In this document: positions 48,687 through 57,608 of the stretch, piece after piece
How positions within the stretch are numbered: position 1 is the stretch's first letter
Layout: each line of letters opens with the position of its first letter
Virus record (IMG/VR): IMGVR_UViG_3300042892_002669
Location: 13,106-77,105 of that record
Length of the DNA stretch: 64,000 nt
From: a virus
Strand: one strand, 5' to 3'
Position numbers and translations under genes: made by a program
The notes under the pieces: generated by a model
What the model was told of the DNA's origin: nothing
The model's input: the letters and a program-made list of their open reading frames with translations, nothing else
Databases searched by the model: none

Positions 48687-49058
48687 TTATTTTCCAAATC
48701 CCTTAAAGGCCATCATGGGACTTGACTTGTTGGTACTGTCCAATTCCTCACTCTTTAGATCACCTTTGTTAAGGTCTTGGTAATCGGCGCCTGCCGCTTT
48801 GTAAGCCTGCTTGAGCATTTTTTGCTCTACATCAGTGTATGGATGAGCCGTTCTTTGCTTACCCACCCAGCTGGTTGAGTTGATGTCTATAGGATTGGTT
48901 CCATCTGCACAAGCCGCTGCCATCATCACACGATTAAGTGTGTAATCACTGTTTGCTTGTTCCTTATCGTGAAACAAATTAAGACCTTTTGTGGCCTTTT
49001 GTTGGCGTTTGGTAATCTTACCTTTTTTGGCTTCGCCTATGAATTCTTTTGCTCTCAT
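48687..49058 (-). CDS. Hypothetical protein with a T4 CTS-like leader (MRAKEFIGE)
   Basis: 123-aa basic protein; CTAAATA 5 nt before the ATG. Confidence 0.7.
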   Translation of the reverse strand: MRAKEFIGEAKKGKITKRQQKATKGLNLFHDKEQANSDYTLNRVMMAAACADGTNPIDINSTSWVGKQRTAHPYTDVEQKMLKQAYKAAGADYQDLNKGDLKSEELDSTNKSSPMMAFKGFGK

Positions 49059-49066
49059 GATAGTAT

Positions 49067-49861
49067 TTAGCTGTTTATTTGGTAAGTGATAGTATGTACA
49101 ATTGTGGTGTCTAGTAATGGACTAACAGTCAATCTCATGTTGCCACCTGCAATAACTGCATCATATGTGGTTACTGGGCTTCCAGCAAACAGAGTTCCAT
49201 ATACTGAATGTCCTACTGTAGTGCCATTGTTATTTTTTCTCACAGACACAGTGGCCAATTGACTGTTTTGCGAACCAGTTTCACGTGAGCTTACTTCAAA
49301 CTTGCCATTGTTAAATGATGCCAGTGGTAATTGATAGACGATTTGATTGGCAGCGTTATTTGCAGTAGTCACTGTCAGCGAATTCAGTACAGAATTACCG
49401 TATGTGATGCTGTTTTGAACTGACAAACTGCCCAAACTCAGGTCAGGCTTAACATTGGATCCAGCAACACTAAAGCTAATTGAGTTGCCCACTTCTGTTA
49501 CTTGTACGTTGCCAATACGCAATGCAGTTGAGCTTAAGTACAAGTTGCCAATGGTGTTGCTGGCGCTGCCTATGCTTATGGTGTTAGCAACCAGGGGAAT
49601 TAGATTAACTCCCAAATTTAATCTGCTATTGCCACCATCAAGTGCCAGGTTACTAGTACCCACAAACGAATTTGTAGTTACGTTACCCACTGTGGCAGAT
49701 GTTTTGAATTGCAATGCTCCATCAGGTCCAGTGGGATTTAGCCCACTAGTAGTGTTGGCAGTGTCTACGAAATTGTTGTTGATTTTTATAAATGCTACTC
49801 TGACTGGATCGCCTGTTCCGTCGTTGGGTAGTTCACCTACATTAATTAGTTCATAAGCCAT
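49067..49861 (-). CDS. Baseplate wedge/fibre connector protein (gp9/gp10-like N-terminus)
   Basis: INVG..PNDGTGDPVRVAFIKINNNF motif. Confidence 0.75.
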   Translation of the reverse strand: MAYELINVGELPNDGTGDPVRVAFIKINNNFVDTANTTSGLNPTGPDGALQFKTSATVGNVTTNSFVGTSNLALDGGNSRLNLGVNLIPLVANTISIGSASNTIGNLYLSSTALRIGNVQVTEVGNSISFSVAGSNVKPDLSLGSLSVQNSITYGNSVLNSLTVTTANNAANQIVYQLPLASFNNGKFEVSSRETGSQNSQLATVSVRKNNNGTTVGHSVYGTLFAGSPVTTYDAVIAGGNMRLTVSPLLDTTIVHTITYQINS

Positions 49862-49942
49862 ATGGTTGTCCCAGTTATAATGTATTTATCGGTTTGATTT
49901 CCAAATTGCAGTTGATAAATAGTAGACTATTTAGGAGATTTC

Positions 49943-50755
49943 ATGCGTAAGTTATTGTTAGTTTTACTTCTGGTCAGTTCAGGTGCCCATGCTTGGACAC
50001 AGCGTCCACCCCAACCTGTACAAAGCTGCCAGGTACATAGCCCATATGGCTTCCCGCAGAGTGCGGTTCCAGTGTCTCCCATATGCAGACAAGCATACTT
50101 GGTGGGCTATGATCCTGTGGTTAAAATGCCCAGATATGTAACATATGAGCTGTTGCCAAACAACGCATTGGGCTGCTGGCCACGAACTAACGCATTCACC
50201 GCAGATCAAAGCGTAGTGAATGGGCCGCGCCCAGATGACTATGCAGCTACTGGCTACGACAAAGGGCATGCAGCACCGGACGGTGACTTGAGTTGGGATC
50301 AACAGGTAGAATATGAGTCATTTCTCATGACCAACATGTTCCCACAAGCAGGATCATTGAATCGCGGTATCTGGAAGCTGTTGGAAACCAGTGTTCGTGG
50401 TTGGGCTGTTCAATTGAAGCAACCACTGACCGTGTATGTTGGTGCAGTGTACAATGCGCAAGACAAAAAGATTGGCAGCGGAGTAGTTGTTCCGCATGCA
50501 TTCTACAAGATAGTGGTAAACAATGCCACTGGACAAGTAGCAGGATGGATGTTTCCGCACACTGCACCATACCCCAACTTGGGCAATGACTTGACTAAAT
50601 TTCGTATGCCTGTTGCACAGATTCAACAGTTAGCTGGAGTTAAGTTTGGATTTCCTGCGAAAGCACAAGAAATAGCACCTGGTAAAGAATGGCCTGTGGA
50701 CTATGGAGCATTAACACAAGCCAAACGTGCCAAGTGCAAGGGCAGCGTTGAGTAA
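49943..50755 (+). CDS. Secreted DNA/RNA non-specific endonuclease (NucA/EndA family)
   Basis: Signal peptide MRKLLLVLLLVSSGAHA; YDKGH, TNMFPQ..LNRGIW..LE, VPHAFYKI. Confidence 0.9.
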   Translation: MRKLLLVLLLVSSGAHAWTQRPPQPVQSCQVHSPYGFPQSAVPVSPICRQAYLVGYDPVVKMPRYVTYELLPNNALGCWPRTNAFTADQSVVNGPRPDDYAATGYDKGHAAPDGDLSWDQQVEYESFLMTNMFPQAGSLNRGIWKLLETSVRGWAVQLKQPLTVYVGAVYNAQDKKIGSGVVVPHAFYKIVVNNATGQVAGWMFPHTAPYPNLGNDLTKFRMPVAQIQQLAGVKFGFPAKAQEIAPGKEWPVDYGALTQAKRAKCKGSVE

Positions 50756-51022
50756 TTACTTGCCAGCGTTTTCGTAGATATTTTTTTGTATTTGATACCA
50801 ATCTTGCCAGCCATTGACCAACACTGCACATTCATGATAGGATGTGTAGTTGTTGGCAACTGTTTTGGCAACATCAGATAACGTGGGATCGTCATTCAAC
50901 CGGGTTAATGCAGGACATTTCTGCATTAACAATTCAGGCGCATCAGGGAACTTGGCACGAACTGGAACCACGGTAGCACAACCTGTCAGCAGCACAGCCG
51001 TCAACACAACTAATTTTTTCAT
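50756..51022 (-). CDS. o-spanin (Rz1-like outer membrane lipoprotein)
   Basis: Lipobox LLTGC; Pro-rich P..P..L...CP.L; N...Y.EC. Confidence 0.8.
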   Translation of the reverse strand: MKKLVVLTAVLLTGCATVVPVRAKFPDAPELLMQKCPALTRLNDDPTLSDVAKTVANNYTSYHECAVLVNGWQDWYQIQKNIYENAGK

Positions 51023-51465
51023 TTGGGTTCCTCAGCAGCATCATTGTGTGCTTTAATGAATTCTTTGGGAATCTCACAAGCCCCGCCTGGGGCAAATTTA
51101 ACATCGTACTTGACTATTTCTCTGTCCACATACTTTACTATGTCTCTGCCGCGTGTTTTTATGTACTCAGTTTTCTTGACTATCTTTTGTACGATCTTGA
51201 CGTTTTCTTTGGCTGATTTGGCTTCTGCCTGAGCCATTTTGGCTTCCATTTCTTTTACCTTCAATTGCCAAGCCTGTTCGTTGCTCATAGCACCTTCCAT
51301 GAACAAGCCAAACGACAGCAGCAACAATGATATGATTTGTATGGGCAGTTTATACCGGTTGACTAGGGGGATAAAGGACAACAGGAAGCCGGCTATTATG
51401 CCCACTACGCCAATCAACAGAAGGGCGTGAAATACTGCGTCAGGTAGTACGTTTAGGATCCACAT
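51019..51465 (-). CDS. i-spanin (Rz-like)
   Basis: N-terminal TM segments, coiled coil, C-terminal C.IP..F...HN.AA; ATGA overlap with the o-spanin; start 51465 after CATAAATA. Confidence 0.75.
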   Translation of the reverse strand: MWILNVLPDAVFHALLLIGVVGIIAGFLLSFIPLVNRYKLPIQIISLLLLSFGLFMEGAMSNEQAWQLKVKEMEAKMAQAEAKSAKENVKIVQKIVKKTEYIKTRGRDIVKYVDREIVKYDVKFAPGGACEIPKEFIKAHNDAAEEPK

Positions 51466-51473
51466 GCATATAT

Positions 51474-51698
51474 TTATGCTGACCAGATACCAGACACATA
51501 GAGTCCAATCATGATTGTGTTGAGAATCCACATGCTGGGCTGCTTCCAGAGTATACCCAACCATAGCCACAGCACAGCAGTCAGTACGCCCATGTATTTG
51601 TTAATGGGCACAAAGTCATGTCCAGTCAGATAAACTGTGATTAGCGCACATACTGTAGCTGACCACTTGACGCAGAATTCTAATTTGCCTGAGTTCAC
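51474..51698 (-). CDS. Small 3-TM membrane protein
   Basis: Three hydrophobic segments in 74 aa; between thyA and the spanins. Confidence 0.65.
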   Translation of the reverse strand: MNSGKLEFCVKWSATVCALITVYLTGHDFVPINKYMGVLTAVLWLWLGILWKQPSMWILNTIMIGLYVSGIWSA

Positions 51699-52609
51699 TA
51701 AACTGCCATATCTGCTTTGATTGGACCATGGCTGGTATAATCAACCAATTTAATATCATCCATTGTAAACTTGTTGATATCCATGATGTCAGGATTAAGA
51801 TACAATTTGGGGGCTACATGCGTTACACGAGACAACTGCTCTTTAACCTGAGCCACGTGATTGGTGTAGATGTGTGTATCACCGGTGCTGATAATCAATT
51901 CACCTGCTGTTAATCCACATACTTGCGCAATCATGTGAGTGAGCAATGCATAGCTGGCAATGTTAAAAGGCAAGCCCAAGAATAAATCCACTGATCTTTG
52001 GTACATATGGCAACTTAATTCTTTATTTTTGTTCACATAAAACTGACTCATCACATGACAGGGTGGCAATGCCATTTGATCCAGTTCACCCACGTTCCAT
52101 GCACTCATTAGATGTCTGCGACTGTTGGGATCATTCTTAAGACCCTCAATTAAATTGTGCAATTGATCGGTAAAGGCGGTAATGACTCCACCATCGTTGC
52201 GATAGGCAGAACCAAAATCATCCACCACTGTTTCCGTGGGGGCTACAGTGGTGTTGCGCCACTTGCGCCATTGTACGCCATAGATTGGTCCCAAGTCACC
52301 AGAGAACTTGGCATGTGGTGTCCACTTGGGACTGAGTGCATTGCCAGTCCAAATAGTAGTGGAGCCGTCCCGGGTACCATGAGTAATTTCTGCCAGTCTG
52401 CGTTCATCACTGGATCCTTCAATGAACCACAGTAACTCGCCCACACATGCTCGCCATGCTAATTTTTTTGTTGTGACTGCGGGAAAGGTAGTACGCAGAT
52501 CAAAGCGAATATTACGTCCAAACACACTAATAGTACCAGTGCCAGTTCTGTCATTTTTTACTTCTCCTGTTTCTAAAATATCGTGCAGTAAATTTAAATA
52601 ATTTTTCAT
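51698..52609 (-). CDS. thyA: Thymidylate synthase
   Basis: DRTGTGT, ELLWF, LGPIYG.QWR, MALPPCH, YQRS.D.FLGLPFNIASY, GDTHIY.NH, MAV terminus. Confidence 0.97.
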   Translation of the reverse strand: MKNYLNLLHDILETGEVKNDRTGTGTISVFGRNIRFDLRTTFPAVTTKKLAWRACVGELLWFIEGSSDERRLAEITHGTRDGSTTIWTGNALSPKWTPHAKFSGDLGPIYGVQWRKWRNTTVAPTETVVDDFGSAYRNDGGVITAFTDQLHNLIEGLKNDPNSRRHLMSAWNVGELDQMALPPCHVMSQFYVNKNKELSCHMYQRSVDLFLGLPFNIASYALLTHMIAQVCGLTAGELIISTGDTHIYTNHVAQVKEQLSRVTHVAPKLYLNPDIMDINKFTMDDIKLVDYTSHGPIKADMAV

Positions 52610-53061
52610 TTTCTTTTCCAAATTTGATACTCATGGTCAGTGTGTTGTTCACTGCTCACACAGCTAAAGTATTTTTCTAAGTATATCAAATCAACCGAGC
52701 AATCACAAGTGTATTCGGTAAATGTTTTGGTTAGGTGCACTTCATCAATCATGTCCCAGCAGTTGGTAATCAGTTTGGCGCCGCCTATTAGCCATGCGTT
52801 CTTAAAGTGTGTGAAATGTGCAAGGTCATTGATCACCAGTGCGCCAGGTGGTACACTAAATGTTTTAGAGGACACTACCAGATTCAATCTGCCTGGCAAG
52901 GGTTTCTTTGGTAAACTGTCCCAGGTGTTTCTACCCATGACAATAACTTGCCCGGCTGTCAACTGCTTGAATCTGGGCAAATCGCCCTCGATGTTACTCC
53001 AGGGCAATTTGTTTTCGTATCCAATCCCACCATTGGGATCGCATGCAAGTATAACCTTCAT
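52606..53061 (-). CDS. folA: Dihydrofolate reductase
   Basis: IGYENKLPW...DL..FK..T....VMGRNTWDSLP.KPLPGRLN.V.S; IGGA. Confidence 0.95.
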   Translation of the reverse strand: MKVILACDPNGGIGYENKLPWSNIEGDLPRFKQLTAGQVIVMGRNTWDSLPKKPLPGRLNLVVSSKTFSVPPGALVINDLAHFTHFKNAWLIGGAKLITNCWDMIDEVHLTKTFTEYTCDCSVDLIYLEKYFSCVSSEQHTDHEYQIWKRK

Positions 53062-53074
53062 CTACCGGTTACAG

Positions 53075-53380
53075 TCATAGTCCGTTCAGCAGTCGGTCAG
53101 TTTCAGGTTGAACCATGTGAGCAATAATTTCAACGTTCAAAATAAATTCTATGTCAGTGATACTGTCATCAAGTTCATGAAGTTTTCTGTTAACCAAATC
53201 TTCCAATTGATCGGGATCCAATCCCTGCTTGATCAAGTGCTGAATGTTTATAGTGTACTGCTTTTTGCCCTGCAACTTTACCACCAGTTTTTTAAGAAAC
53301 TGTATTGGGATTTTACTCTTTTCTACATCCTCAAGTATGTGTTCCCATTTGCTAAAAAGGTCAGGTATCATTGTGCGCAC
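53075..53380 (-). CDS. Hypothetical protein
   Basis: About 100-aa ORF in the operon. Confidence 0.65.
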   Translation of the reverse strand: MRTMIPDLFSKWEHILEDVEKSKIPIQFLKKLVVKLQGKKQYTINIQHLIKQGLDPDQLEDLVNRKLHELDDSITDIEFILNVEIIAHMVQPETDRLLNGL

Positions 53381-54022
53381 TTAGACCACTGCCGCTTCTT
53401 TTTTCGGACGACCACGATTGGATTTGGGTTTTAGTGCAGGATCCATGCTTACAGCCTCATCGCGCAAACGTTTGGCTTCATTGATAAGACCAGTGGCTTC
53501 GCGCTCCATTTTGTCAGCCTGTTCTAATCTCTGCTTGGCCAACTCATTGTCACCCAATACGCCAGCTACTGCATCTGCTGTCTTGCCACGCATTCTGCGA
53601 GCCACATCTGCAGGCAACTGTAGACCACTGCTGGTATCTAACTCAGCCATGCGTTTGACTGCTGCTTCACCCTGTTGCATCTCATCCAACATCTTGTTCA
53701 ACTCATCAAGTTTGATTGATGTAGTGGGGTTGGGAGTAACCACCACTTGAGAAGTTTGTACCTTTTTTAGCAAACCTTCAACGTGCAGCAAGTGTAAGAT
53801 AATCTTGCCATCTTGGGTATAGCTTCTGTTTAGTGCATCAGCCAAATTCTCGCTGTGCTGTCCAATATCACTTTCAATGCAGCGCATCATTGCATCGTGA
53901 ATTTGTGCGTTTAGTATTTCGGTATAAACTACCAAACACATATGTGATTCATTGGGTATTTCTCTGAAGATGACAGCTACTTTTCTGTCACCGATTTTTC
54001 CCACATGTCGTAAAAAACTCAT
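53381..54022 (-). CDS. Hypothetical protein (C-terminal coiled coil, AT-hook-like RGRP)
   Basis: AAGGAG RBS; ends NRGRPKK. Confidence 0.7.
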   Translation of the reverse strand: MSFLRHVGKIGDRKVAVIFREIPNESHMCLVVYTEILNAQIHDAMMRCIESDIGQHSENLADALNRSYTQDGKIILHLLHVEGLLKKVQTSQVVVTPNPTTSIKLDELNKMLDEMQQGEAAVKRMAELDTSSGLQLPADVARRMRGKTADAVAGVLGDNELAKQRLEQADKMEREATGLINEAKRLRDEAVSMDPALKPKSNRGRPKKEAAVV

Positions 54023-54083
54023 ATTAATCTCCTTATGCTGTTAAGCTATAGATATTTAATATGAGTTTTTGTTCACCAAATAT

Positions 54084-54335
54084 TTATTCTGATGATCCTG
54101 CCCAGAGCAATTCGTATAACATGGCATCCCGTTCGTTCTCAAAGTATACCCTACGACCATCAAACAGCAAGTTGGTGCGTGAAGTGGTCTCGTTACAAAA
54201 TGCATATCTACCAGTGGTCTTATTGCGTGTCCACTGCATATTGGCAGTGGTCACTGGCGTAGGGCACTTGATAAAATGGTTTGGTATAAATTCCAATTCA
54301 CGATTGGCGTACCAAATGATTGGGTCAACTGTCAT
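54084..54335 (-). CDS. Hypothetical protein
   Basis: 83-aa ORF with GRY...FENERDAMLYEL.W. Confidence 0.6.
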   Translation of the reverse strand: MTVDPIIWYANRELEFIPNHFIKCPTPVTTANMQWTRNKTTGRYAFCNETTSRTNLLFDGRRVYFENERDAMLYELLWAGSSE

Positions 54336-54340
54336 GGGCG

Positions 54341-54448
54341 TTAGTCTTGTTCGTCATCATTGCCCACCAATTTCAAGATGGCTTTGGACACCACGTAACA
54401 TGCAGTAACAGTAACAGCAAGAATAATAATAATATATAAAGCTTCCAT
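54341..54448 (-). CDS. Putative 35-aa single-TM peptide
   Basis: Not in track; MEALYIIIILAVTVTACYVVSKAILKLVGNDDEQD with GGAG upstream; fills the intergenic gap. Confidence 0.5.
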   Translation of the reverse strand: MEALYIIIILAVTVTACYVVSKAILKLVGNDDEQD

Positions 54449-54450
54449 AA

Positions 54451-55740
54451 TTAACTCCGTGATTTATGATCGTTATAAATTGCAAAAGTACCAAATGGGG
54501 GATTTGGATCTGGATCGCCATGAATCACCCATGTGGTGTCGCAGTAGTTACTGTCTCCCCAACTACCACAGGGGTAACCATCAGTGAACACAATCAGTCG
54601 TTTGGGTTCAATTGCTTCACTTTTCAAGTACTCAAAGATACTGTCAAAGTCAGTGCCGCCACCGCCTTGTAATTCATATTCATCAACAGTGTCCATGTTC
54701 TCGCTGGTGAAGTCTTGTGGATTGTACACTTCAGTGTCAAAACAAAACACGTGTAATTTATATCCATCAAACGCATCCATCATGCCTGCAACTTCAGCCA
54801 AGAATGCCTGACCCTGTTTAGTACTGATACTGCCTGACATATCAATGGCAATGGTTACATCAATTTCTTCACCCGGTGTCATGCCTGGCATGACTGCATC
54901 CATGTGCCAACCCTTACGATTGGGACGAGTCCAACTGTAGTCATTGCGAATTGCACTGGTCAAGTTAGATTGAATCAGTTCACGCCAGGGCATGACTGGA
55001 TTAGTAGCATGCTTGATCAGACGCTCCACACCTTTGGGAATAGTGCCACCTTCAGCACTCTGTGCAGCAGCCAAGATAGCCTGTTTCATTTCTTGACGAA
55101 CTTGCTCACGTTCCTCTTTTGACATTTTAGGACGCTTGCCTCTGCCCTCACCTTCTTCACCTTCGCCATCTCCATCACCGTCATCACCATCAATGTGATC
55201 ATCCAGCATTTTGTCAACCAAATCATCCAAACTGATCTTGTCAGCCTTGTCGTACAGATCATCATAGATGGCCTCAGCACTCATGCCATCGTATTTTGTT
55301 TCATACAAACAGGGCACTGTGGTAATAAACTCACCAACTTTGTGACGTTTCAAATCAGCATTAACTGCATAGTCATCTGCCACATTCCACAATTGTGGAT
55401 CACGTGTACCGCGTCTGCCCATGTGATCGTACACTACATGCAACACTTCGTGCCCAACCAAAAACTCTACTTCTTTGGGCTTGAGCATCATGATGAAACG
55501 CGAGTTATAATAGAAACGCTTGCCATCTGTGGCAGCAGTGCCGCACCATTCATCAGCATTGATCAATTGCAAACGTGTAGCAAGATTTCCAAAAAAACTG
55601 TGACGTAGCAGCAAGCCAATACGTGCAGTTACTAACCGTTCTCTGGCCAAATGGTCAACTTTGGCGTCAGTTGGTCCAATTAGATTTTCATATTTCTTGC
55701 TGCGTTTTTTCTTCTTAGCGGGTGCGATTACTGCGCTCAT
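54451..55740 (-). CDS. HEXXH metallopeptidase-like plus VWA domain protein (DUF2201-like)
   Basis: TAATDG, HEVLH...H..R, WN.A.D...N; MIDAS DMSGS, FDT, GGGGTDF, FTDG. Confidence 0.88.
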   Translation of the reverse strand: MSAVIAPAKKKKRSKKYENLIGPTDAKVDHLARERLVTARIGLLLRHSFFGNLATRLQLINADEWCGTAATDGKRFYYNSRFIMMLKPKEVEFLVGHEVLHVVYDHMGRRGTRDPQLWNVADDYAVNADLKRHKVGEFITTVPCLYETKYDGMSAEAIYDDLYDKADKISLDDLVDKMLDDHIDGDDGDGDGEGEEGEGRGKRPKMSKEEREQVRQEMKQAILAAAQSAEGGTIPKGVERLIKHATNPVMPWRELIQSNLTSAIRNDYSWTRPNRKGWHMDAVMPGMTPGEEIDVTIAIDMSGSISTKQGQAFLAEVAGMMDAFDGYKLHVFCFDTEVYNPQDFTSENMDTVDEYELQGGGGTDFDSIFEYLKSEAIEPKRLIVFTDGYPCGSWGDSNYCDTTWVIHGDPDPNPPFGTFAIYNDHKSRS

Positions 55741-55769
55741 TGTGTTCTCCAGTCAGTGTATATGTACAT

Positions 55770-55798
55770 ATTATAGCAAAACTTGCATTTACTGTCAA
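55770..55798 (-). promoter_or_regulatory. sigma70-type early promoter with extended -35
   Basis: TTGACAGTAAAT...TATAAT, 17-bp spacer. Confidence 0.85.
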
Positions 55799-55800
55799 AT

Positions 55801-55830
55801 AAAAAAGGTGTGTAGTTTTACCCACACACC
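55801..55830 (-). terminator. Intrinsic terminator after the MoxR gene
   Basis: GGTGTGT-10nt-ACACACC followed by U6 on the minus strand. Confidence 0.65.
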
Positions 55831-55840
55831 CAAATTATAT

Positions 55841-56941
55841 TTAAGATCCTGCGTCTACAATGTACTTGCCAAATTTCTTGTGAAACTCGTCAAAGTTTTT
55901 CAGTTGACTTGGCTCAATTGGCAGCTTGTAAGTTTTCAATGCAATCTTTGCACTGACCACAACCAATTCAGTTTCAAAGTTGGCCATTGCATACGCAAAG
56001 AAGTTGTCAGCCATCTCATGGAACTTTTTCATATCCACTGTTTTGTTGTCAATTGCTTCTTTCAACTCATAGCACATTGAAATTGCAAGCGAGTACATGG
56101 CCGACACTTCCTTGACCTGCAGGTCTTTTACTTTGCCAGACAAGATATCACTGGGCTGTGGCATACGTCCTGCAAGTTTACGGTGTGCTGAGAACTTTAC
56201 AGCCAGTCCCTCACCGATTGTGCCTGCGATCAAATTGAACATTGTATCGGCATCGGTGTCATCGTCGTCCAGTAAGTCACTGACAAAGCACCAAGTACGT
56301 GGAGTAGCGAATGCACGACTTGATGATTTACTATCAAAATCATACAGGTCTTGTTTTGCAAAACTCAAGTAACCCACAACATCTTTGTGAATTTTCTTGT
56401 CAACGGCCCAATTCTGCCATGAAGCAAAGTCGGCTTTCATTTCTAAGTGAATGAAACGATTGGCCAGCGGCATGGGCATACGATACGTAACACCTTTGTC
56501 ACTGTCACGATTGCCTGCGGCAACGATAACAACATTGTCTGGCAACACATATTTGCCCACACGACGATTCAAGATCAACTGATAGCCTGCTGCCTGAACT
56601 GCAGGGCTTGCGCTGTTCATCTCGTCCAAAAACAAAACAACGAGTGGGTACTTGCTTGCAAGTTCTTCATCAGGCAAGTCAATTGGCGGAGCCCAGTCCA
56701 TCTTGCCATTGTCTTTGTTGAAGTAGGGAATGCCGCGAATATCAGTGGGTTCCATTTGAGCCATACGCAAGTCAACCATGTAGCCACCAAGTTCTTGTGT
56801 AATTTCTTCTACAACTTCGCTCTTGCCGATACCTGGAGGCCCCCACAGAAATACTGGGCGTTTAGTTTTGAATGCTTTGAGAACTGCTTTGCGAGTTTGA
56901 ACACTGGTGATAGTGTGATTGTCTGATACTTGTGATGCCAT
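55841..56941 (-). CDS. MoxR/dynein-related AAA+ ATPase
   Basis: WGPPGIGKS, D.RGIP, LFLDE.N.A...VQ, AAGNR..D, PLANRF.H, TPRTW; ATG 56941 with GGAG RBS. Confidence 0.9.
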   Translation of the reverse strand: MASQVSDNHTITSVQTRKAVLKAFKTKRPVFLWGPPGIGKSEVVEEITQELGGYMVDLRMAQMEPTDIRGIPYFNKDNGKMDWAPPIDLPDEELASKYPLVVLFLDEMNSASPAVQAAGYQLILNRRVGKYVLPDNVVIVAAGNRDSDKGVTYRMPMPLANRFIHLEMKADFASWQNWAVDKKIHKDVVGYLSFAKQDLYDFDSKSSSRAFATPRTWCFVSDLLDDDDTDADTMFNLIAGTIGEGLAVKFSAHRKLAGRMPQPSDILSGKVKDLQVKEVSAMYSLAISMCYELKEAIDNKTVDMKKFHEMADNFFAYAMANFETELVVVSAKIALKTYKLPIEPSQLKNFDEFHKKFGKYIVDAGS

Positions 56942-56971
56942 TTTAGCTCCTGATTTAATTAGTGAACTGCT

Positions 56972-57000
56972 AGTATAATACAACTTGGATTTACTGTCAA
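56972..57000 (-). promoter_or_regulatory. sigma70-type early promoter with extended -35
   Basis: TTGACAGTAAAT...TATACT, 17-bp spacer. Confidence 0.8.
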
Positions 57001-57024
57001 CTGATTGTTGACTGACTTGCCCAA

Positions 57025-57282
57025 TTACATTGACCAGTAGGCTTCCGAACTGGGGTCGCAACATCTGGGAGTGTTGCTATCAATAGTCATTTCTTTACCT
57101 GTCATCAAATTCTTAACAGTTTTTTTGGTGACCACACGTTCGTGGTAATCTTGGTCATTTGTGAATTCATATTCGTATGAGCCGGCGTTGCGATTCATGC
57201 AAGTCATGCTGCGTTTGGCACTTGATGCCGAAGTAAAAGATTTAATCATTTGCGTACTTGCACGGTGAAAGACTATAAACAT
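57025..57282 (-). CDS. Small early hypothetical protein
   Basis: ATG 57282 with AAGGAG; C-terminal KNLMTGK...TP.CCDPSSE.YWSM. Confidence 0.7.
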   Translation of the reverse strand: MFIVFHRASTQMIKSFTSASSAKRSMTCMNRNAGSYEYEFTNDQDYHERVVTKKTVKNLMTGKEMTIDSNTPRCCDPSSEAYWSM

Positions 57283-57292
57283 GTTTGTCTCC

Positions 57293-57550
57293 TTAGTTGT
57301 ATTCGTAAAACTTAACGGCGGGATCCAACTTTTGCAATTCTCGTGCAACCTTAGTAAGTTCTTTGTAGCGGCGTTGAACCTCTGCGCGGCTCAGTTCGCC
57401 ATCGCAAGTCAAGTTCTCAGGGCTCAGTTCACTGTCAATGCTGTCAGCAATAGACTGCCGGTCCTTAGCATTTTGCAGGCTCAGCTGGCGACTACCAAAC
57501 AGGCTAGAAAAAGCATTTTTGCGATCTACGTAAGCGGTTAAACTAGACAT
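57293..57550 (-). CDS. Small early hypothetical protein
   Basis: AAGGAG RBS; LSPENLTCDGEL motif. Confidence 0.75.
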   Translation of the reverse strand: MSSLTAYVDRKNAFSSLFGSRQLSLQNAKDRQSIADSIDSELSPENLTCDGELSRAEVQRRYKELTKVARELQKLDPAVKFYEYN

Positions 57551-57579
57551 TTCGGCTCCTTGTTATTGACTATACAGCT

Positions 57580-57608
57580 ATTATAGCACTATGTGGATTT
57601 ACTGTCAA
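57580..57608 (-). promoter_or_regulatory. sigma70-type early promoter with extended -35
   Basis: TTGACAGTAAAT...TATAAT, 17-bp spacer. Confidence 0.85.
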
